Origin: Candidatus Latescibacterota bacterium
GTDB taxonomy: Bacteria > Latescibacterota > UBA2968 > GCA-2709665
NCBI GenBank assembly: GCA_965237675.1
Contig: OZ250150.1
Coordinates: 1,376,001-1,440,000 of the forward strand
Direction: 5' to 3'
Length of the DNA stretch: 64,000 nucleotides
A model generated the notes under the pieces. It saw only the letters and a program-made list of their open reading frames with translations. It had not been told where the DNA came from and did not search any database. This document shows, in pieces, positions 60,307 through 64,000 of this stretch (position 1 is the stretch's first letter; each line of letters opens with the position of its first letter). Made by a program: the position numbers and the translations under genes.

Positions 60307-60467
60307 TGTTCTGTCCCGGAAATAAGTTGCCAAAATTCGGCCGTCGAGTCGCCCGTCTCGCAAGACGCCTGAACGCAGGCGACCTGCGTAAGTTCGGCGA
60401 GCGAAGGCAACGCCGCGAGACGGGATGAATCGGCGGGAGAATGGTGAGGTATTTTTGGGACAGGACA
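60307..60467. mobile_element. 161-bp MITE flanked by CTAG
   Basis: TIRs TGTTCTGTCCCGGAAATA / TATTTTTGGGACAGGACA; CTAG at 60303 and 60468. Confidence 0.82.
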
Positions 60468-60474
60468 CTAGATT

Positions 60475-60773
60475 CCCTTCATGGCCGAGATGCCGCCCAT
60501 GATGTCACGAATGTGAGCGACGACCCGACGCTGGCGGGACTGCTGGCGGCGAGGGTCGCGCCTGAAGGCGGCGTTGGGCTCGCGATGATCGGTCCTTGCA
60601 ACGGGAAATCCACAGTTATTGCGGTGCGTGGGCCCGGAGATCGGAGTACGGATGAGCAGGGGCGACGTTTCGATGATTCCGACCTGGTTCGACGCTGGAA
60701 CGTGATTCAGGGTCTGGATCGGGTGAGGAGGGCGGTGTTGGGTGTGATGAAGTCACCGGTAGATTGGAATTAG
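60475..60773 (+). pseudogene. Diverged duplicate of the cinA 3' end
   Basis: DDPTLAGLLAARVAPEGG...SPVDWN, homologous to 56490-56807. Confidence 0.88.
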
Positions 60774-60832
60774 TCGGCGGGCCGGTCTGAACGTCGGGCT
60801 CCGGCATCGCTTTTTGCTGGGAGAAAAACAGC

Positions 60833-62101
60833 ATGGCCGAATCGGGTAAGCCGGTATTTCGGAAGCCGATTCCAGATGGCGTTATGGAGCACGTCGGGGT
60901 GGGCGCCGGAAGCGCAACGGCCGTTGTAGAGGTGCAAAACGGGCTGTTGATGATTGCGGGACGCCGTTGTTACCTGTCCGGAGACTCAGGGCTGACCTGG
61001 GAAAAAGTGGATGCGCCGGACTGGGAAATGCTTGGAGAAACCTCCTGCCTGTCTTGCCTCCGGTTGCAGTCGGGCCGGCTTGCCCTCGCGCACCTCGGGG
61101 GCAGGAATAGGCATCATGGTTCGGAGATGTTCAACTGGAATCCGTTTTATCTGTCGGTGTCGGACGACGAGGGCCGGTCCTGGTCAGGAGAATGGCCGAT
61201 GAATCTGCTCGGGGGGCCGTATTACGATACGATGATTCAGATGCCGAACGGGCGGATGGTGATGCCGAGCCGGATCTGTCACAGCAACAACCATCACTCC
61301 GGGTTGGAATACGAACGGGTGAGCAGTTATGGGGTTTGGAAAGGCCGGCGCATCCAGGTGAGTGGACACTACCATTACCCGGAGGTGGATATTGCCTCGG
61401 TGAGTTATTCGGACGACGAAGGCCGCACATGGAAGATGTGCCGGGGCCAGTTGATGGGGTGGTTCGACGCCGAGGGTATTCCGAACGGTCGTGGAGGCAT
61501 TACCGCGGTGGATGAGCCGGGCGTGGCCGTGTGTCCCGACGGACGGTTGATGATGATGGCGAGGTCCACGGTGGGGCGACTGGTGCAGAGTTACAGCGAG
61601 GACGGTGGTGAGACCTGGACGCCCGTGATGCCAAACGATCTTGCCGCTTCGTATTCGCCGCCCAGGCTCAGGCGGATTCCGGGTACTGGGGATTTGTTGT
61701 GCGTCTGGAACCAGACATCCCGTGAGGAGATCTTGAGAGGGTATCGGCGGGGAAGATTGTCGGCGGCGGTTTCGAGCGATAGTGGGGCCAGTTGGTCTCA
61801 CTTCAGGACGATCGAACTCAGCGGCGGGATGGAAGACGTGGCACGGGTTTCGCCTCAGTATCCGGTCAGCCCCGTCGTTGCGCTCCCGGAGCTGGGGACG
61901 CTGCCCGAGGATTTTGCGACCTTCGATTACGCAAACGTGTGGTTTCACGGCGACAGGGTGCTGCTGATGTATCATCGGAGTTGGGTGGAGGCGGACGAGG
62001 ACACAGGTGAGGCCGTGACGCTGGGGGAACGGGAGCGTACGGCCAGAAAGCCCGGAGAATTGGTGCTGCGCGTTTATCCACTTGCGTGGTTTTACGATTG
62101 A
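60833..62101 (+). CDS. Sialidase-like BNR/Asp-box protein
   Basis: Five SxDxGxTW Asp-boxes; DEPGV. Confidence 0.82.
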   Translation: MAESGKPVFRKPIPDGVMEHVGVGAGSATAVVEVQNGLLMIAGRRCYLSGDSGLTWEKVDAPDWEMLGETSCLSCLRLQSGRLALAHLGGRNRHHGSEMFNWNPFYLSVSDDEGRSWSGEWPMNLLGGPYYDTMIQMPNGRMVMPSRICHSNNHHSGLEYERVSSYGVWKGRRIQVSGHYHYPEVDIASVSYSDDEGRTWKMCRGQLMGWFDAEGIPNGRGGITAVDEPGVAVCPDGRLMMMARSTVGRLVQSYSEDGGETWTPVMPNDLAASYSPPRLRRIPGTGDLLCVWNQTSREEILRGYRRGRLSAAVSSDSGASWSHFRTIELSGGMEDVARVSPQYPVSPVVALPELGTLPEDFATFDYANVWFHGDRVLLMYHRSWVEADEDTGEAVTLGERERTARKPGELVLRVYPLAWFYD

Positions 62102-62117
62102 GTAGACGGATAGGCCG

Positions 62118-63218
62118 ATGGCGCGACGTGGATTCATTGAACAGGTGGGCGACTATGTGATCCGCGAACAGGGGTTCGGGGAGATCCAGAGGGATCCCGA
62201 GGTGCAGTTCACACTGTGCGGGGTCGATCCGTACGGCTATTTTGAAAACATCCGGCGGTTTGTGGCGGAACTGGATGGAAAGATCGTCGGCGAGGGTTGG
62301 ACGCTGACGTCCCGTCACGGGCCGTGGGGGAGGTTGGGGCACTATGGGATGTTTGAGGAGGAGCACAAGCGGAAAGGGTTGGGCGGGCGGTTGCTGAAGC
62401 TGTGCATCGACGCGGTGAAAGAGACGGGTGTGGAGGCGATGTTCATCGATACCGGGCCGAGCATCGCGCACCGTGTATACGAAAAGTACGGGTTTCGTGA
62501 CGTAGTGCAGGACCATCCGGAGTGGCTGGGATTGGATTATGGCGGCAGGACGATCCACGAGTACCTTGAAGTTTTTTACCGGGTTCGCGACGGCGACTCA
62601 TTGAAGGTGCGACCCCTGGATTTCAGCCATTTAAACGAGATTCAGGTACTGTTGAACTCGGCTTTGGAACCGGACGTTCTGGTGAAGAACTATCTGCTGA
62701 CGCTGTTTGCGGACGATCAACTTCACGAGGGTCAGATTCTTGTGGAAATCCCGAAGGTGTCGGAGGGGCGGTCCGAAGTGCGGCAGGTCCGGATGCTGGG
62801 GCTGTTTGCGGGATCGAAGCTTATTGGATTTTCAACGCTGGCGCCATGGCGCACAACAAGGTGGGACAACCGGCACGAGGCCCATATCGGACTGATGGAT
62901 ATGTACCTGCGCCGGGGGATGTGGCGCCTCGACAGGTGCCGCGTTTTGTTCGATGGAATCCGGGATTCGGCCCTGGACATGGGATTCTGCCGTTTGCGTA
63001 CGATGGAAACGCCTCGGGAAACGGTGAAGACCGGAATTTTGCAGGCTCTGGGGTTCCGGGCGGGTTACGAGATGCCGGCGGCGCTGGTGATGGGGGTCGG
63101 CGCGCCGGAGAGGGGCGCCTATCCGGGGGTGCGAACGGAGAACCTGGCCGCTTACGAAATCGCGCTGGACGAACCGGGAGAGTTTACGCATCCGTATCGG
63201 ATTCCGTGGGACTATTGA
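62118..63218 (+). CDS. Tandem GNAT acetyltransferase
   Basis: HKRKGLGGRLL...YEKYGF plus a second GNAT-like half. Confidence 0.75.
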   Translation: MARRGFIEQVGDYVIREQGFGEIQRDPEVQFTLCGVDPYGYFENIRRFVAELDGKIVGEGWTLTSRHGPWGRLGHYGMFEEEHKRKGLGGRLLKLCIDAVKETGVEAMFIDTGPSIAHRVYEKYGFRDVVQDHPEWLGLDYGGRTIHEYLEVFYRVRDGDSLKVRPLDFSHLNEIQVLLNSALEPDVLVKNYLLTLFADDQLHEGQILVEIPKVSEGRSEVRQVRMLGLFAGSKLIGFSTLAPWRTTRWDNRHEAHIGLMDMYLRRGMWRLDRCRVLFDGIRDSALDMGFCRLRTMETPRETVKTGILQALGFRAGYEMPAALVMGVGAPERGAYPGVRTENLAAYEIALDEPGEFTHPYRIPWDY

Positions 63219-63457
63219 ACGGCAATGGGTCGAAGGCGGGCGTTAGGAGTTGGCCGGTCACAAGGCACAGAGGTGCGCGCTGGAATGACAACCTGTAGCG
63301 TCCATGGTTCACGGCGGTAGGCGAATGTACGCCCGCCAGGTCCCGAGCGGGTCGGAAAATTTCTCCAGACAGTGTAACATAAATGCAATCTACGGATATA
63401 TCTTATTTATTTTCAAGGATTACGCACGCCTCTTCTCGACAAACGCAACCAAATGCA

Positions 63458-63486
63458 TTGACTAAACTGATGCTTTGCATTATAAA
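63458..63486 (+). promoter_or_regulatory. Sigma70-type promoter
   Basis: TTGACT-17 bp-TATAAA in an AT-rich intergenic region. Confidence 0.6.
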
Positions 63487-63745
63487 TTAGGGGTTCTTGG
63501 GAGATTCCGACCAAAAGGCGATTTTGTGGGGATCTGCCTCAAGTGCCCGTTTTTGTTTGCAAATCTCGCCTTGGGAGGAATGCGAACCCACGACACTGCC
63601 GCGAATTCCCAGGTATTCATTCGTCATTGGCACCCTGAAAATCATGAGCTAAAAATGACCGGGTCTCGCCACTGGCGTCCGGTTTGGTAATTCTGGGCAG
63701 TACGATAGCCACGATCACTCACCGTGAACCGACGAGGAGGCTTCC

Positions 63746-63979
63746 ATGGATCGCAATGCAGATACCGCAGGACTGTGTCTTAGTGTATTCAGCGCCGGCG
63801 TGTTGGCGGGCATCGCCCTTGGACTGACAGCCGGCGTTTTGCTGGCGCCCCGGAGCGGCGTCGAATCCCGCGAATCCGTTCGCCGCAGTGTCGATAAGGC
63901 CGTCAAAAAGGGCCGATCATACGTTGAACGAACCCGCGTTCAAGACGACGACGGGGCGGAAGAGGCCACAGAAGAATAG
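63746..63979 (+). CDS. YtxH-domain small membrane protein
   Basis: GxxxG-rich helix, LLAPRSG.E.R motif, RBS GAGGAGG. Confidence 0.75.
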   Translation: MDRNADTAGLCLSVFSAGVLAGIALGLTAGVLLAPRSGVESRESVRRSVDKAVKKGRSYVERTRVQDDDGAEEATEE

Positions 63980-64000
63980 ACCCTTTGGGCAGGAGTCGAA

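Noticed and set aside
56550-60773. cinA 3' duplicate as a DGR template/variable repeat pair
   Set aside because: Mismatches involve all bases and many are synonymous third positions rather than adenine-specific; no reverse transcriptase in the window.
6339-62137. Many long antisense ORFs (e.g. 6339-7526, 7533-8666, 54744-56438, 61184-62137)
   Set aside because: They overlap well-supported genes in GC-rich DNA and lack recognisable motifs.

Overview
GC-rich bacterial chromosome segment. The gene mix suggests a Latescibacterota/Poribacteria-like, possibly sponge-associated organism (inference): many PhyH dioxygenases, heparinase/sialidase-like enzymes, Kelch and ankyrin proteins, and a C-terminal double EF-hand/dockerin-like tag. 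From left to right it holds a sugar-acid/glycan catabolic cluster (0.9-10.3 kb), an SDR + QueA-like + AirSR-like two-component operon (10.6-14.3 kb), a frameshifted McrBC locus (14.4-18.3 kb), a cobalamin-riboswitch-controlled B12 uptake operon (18.8-26.6 kb), a ~20 kb plastic region (26.7-47.0 kb), and a metabolic/transport run with cinA, an IS1380 and MITEs (47-64 kb). The main discovery is that the plastic region is an integrase-less integron-type cassette platform read on the minus strand. Six cassettes are delimited by matching R''/R' boxes, and in at least four the two ends pair for 15-20 bp beyond the canonical core, with mismatches that are almost all G-T wobbles on the same (bottom) strand. 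Four dispersed copies of an attI-like site head separate mini-arrays. Three loci show a 'full gene - cargo - diverged copy of the gene's 3' end' architecture, toxins are repeatedly decayed while antitoxins survive, and a ~260 bp structured non-coding element with a covarying stem occurs twice. All family assignments come from motif recognition by eye; no database searches were run.
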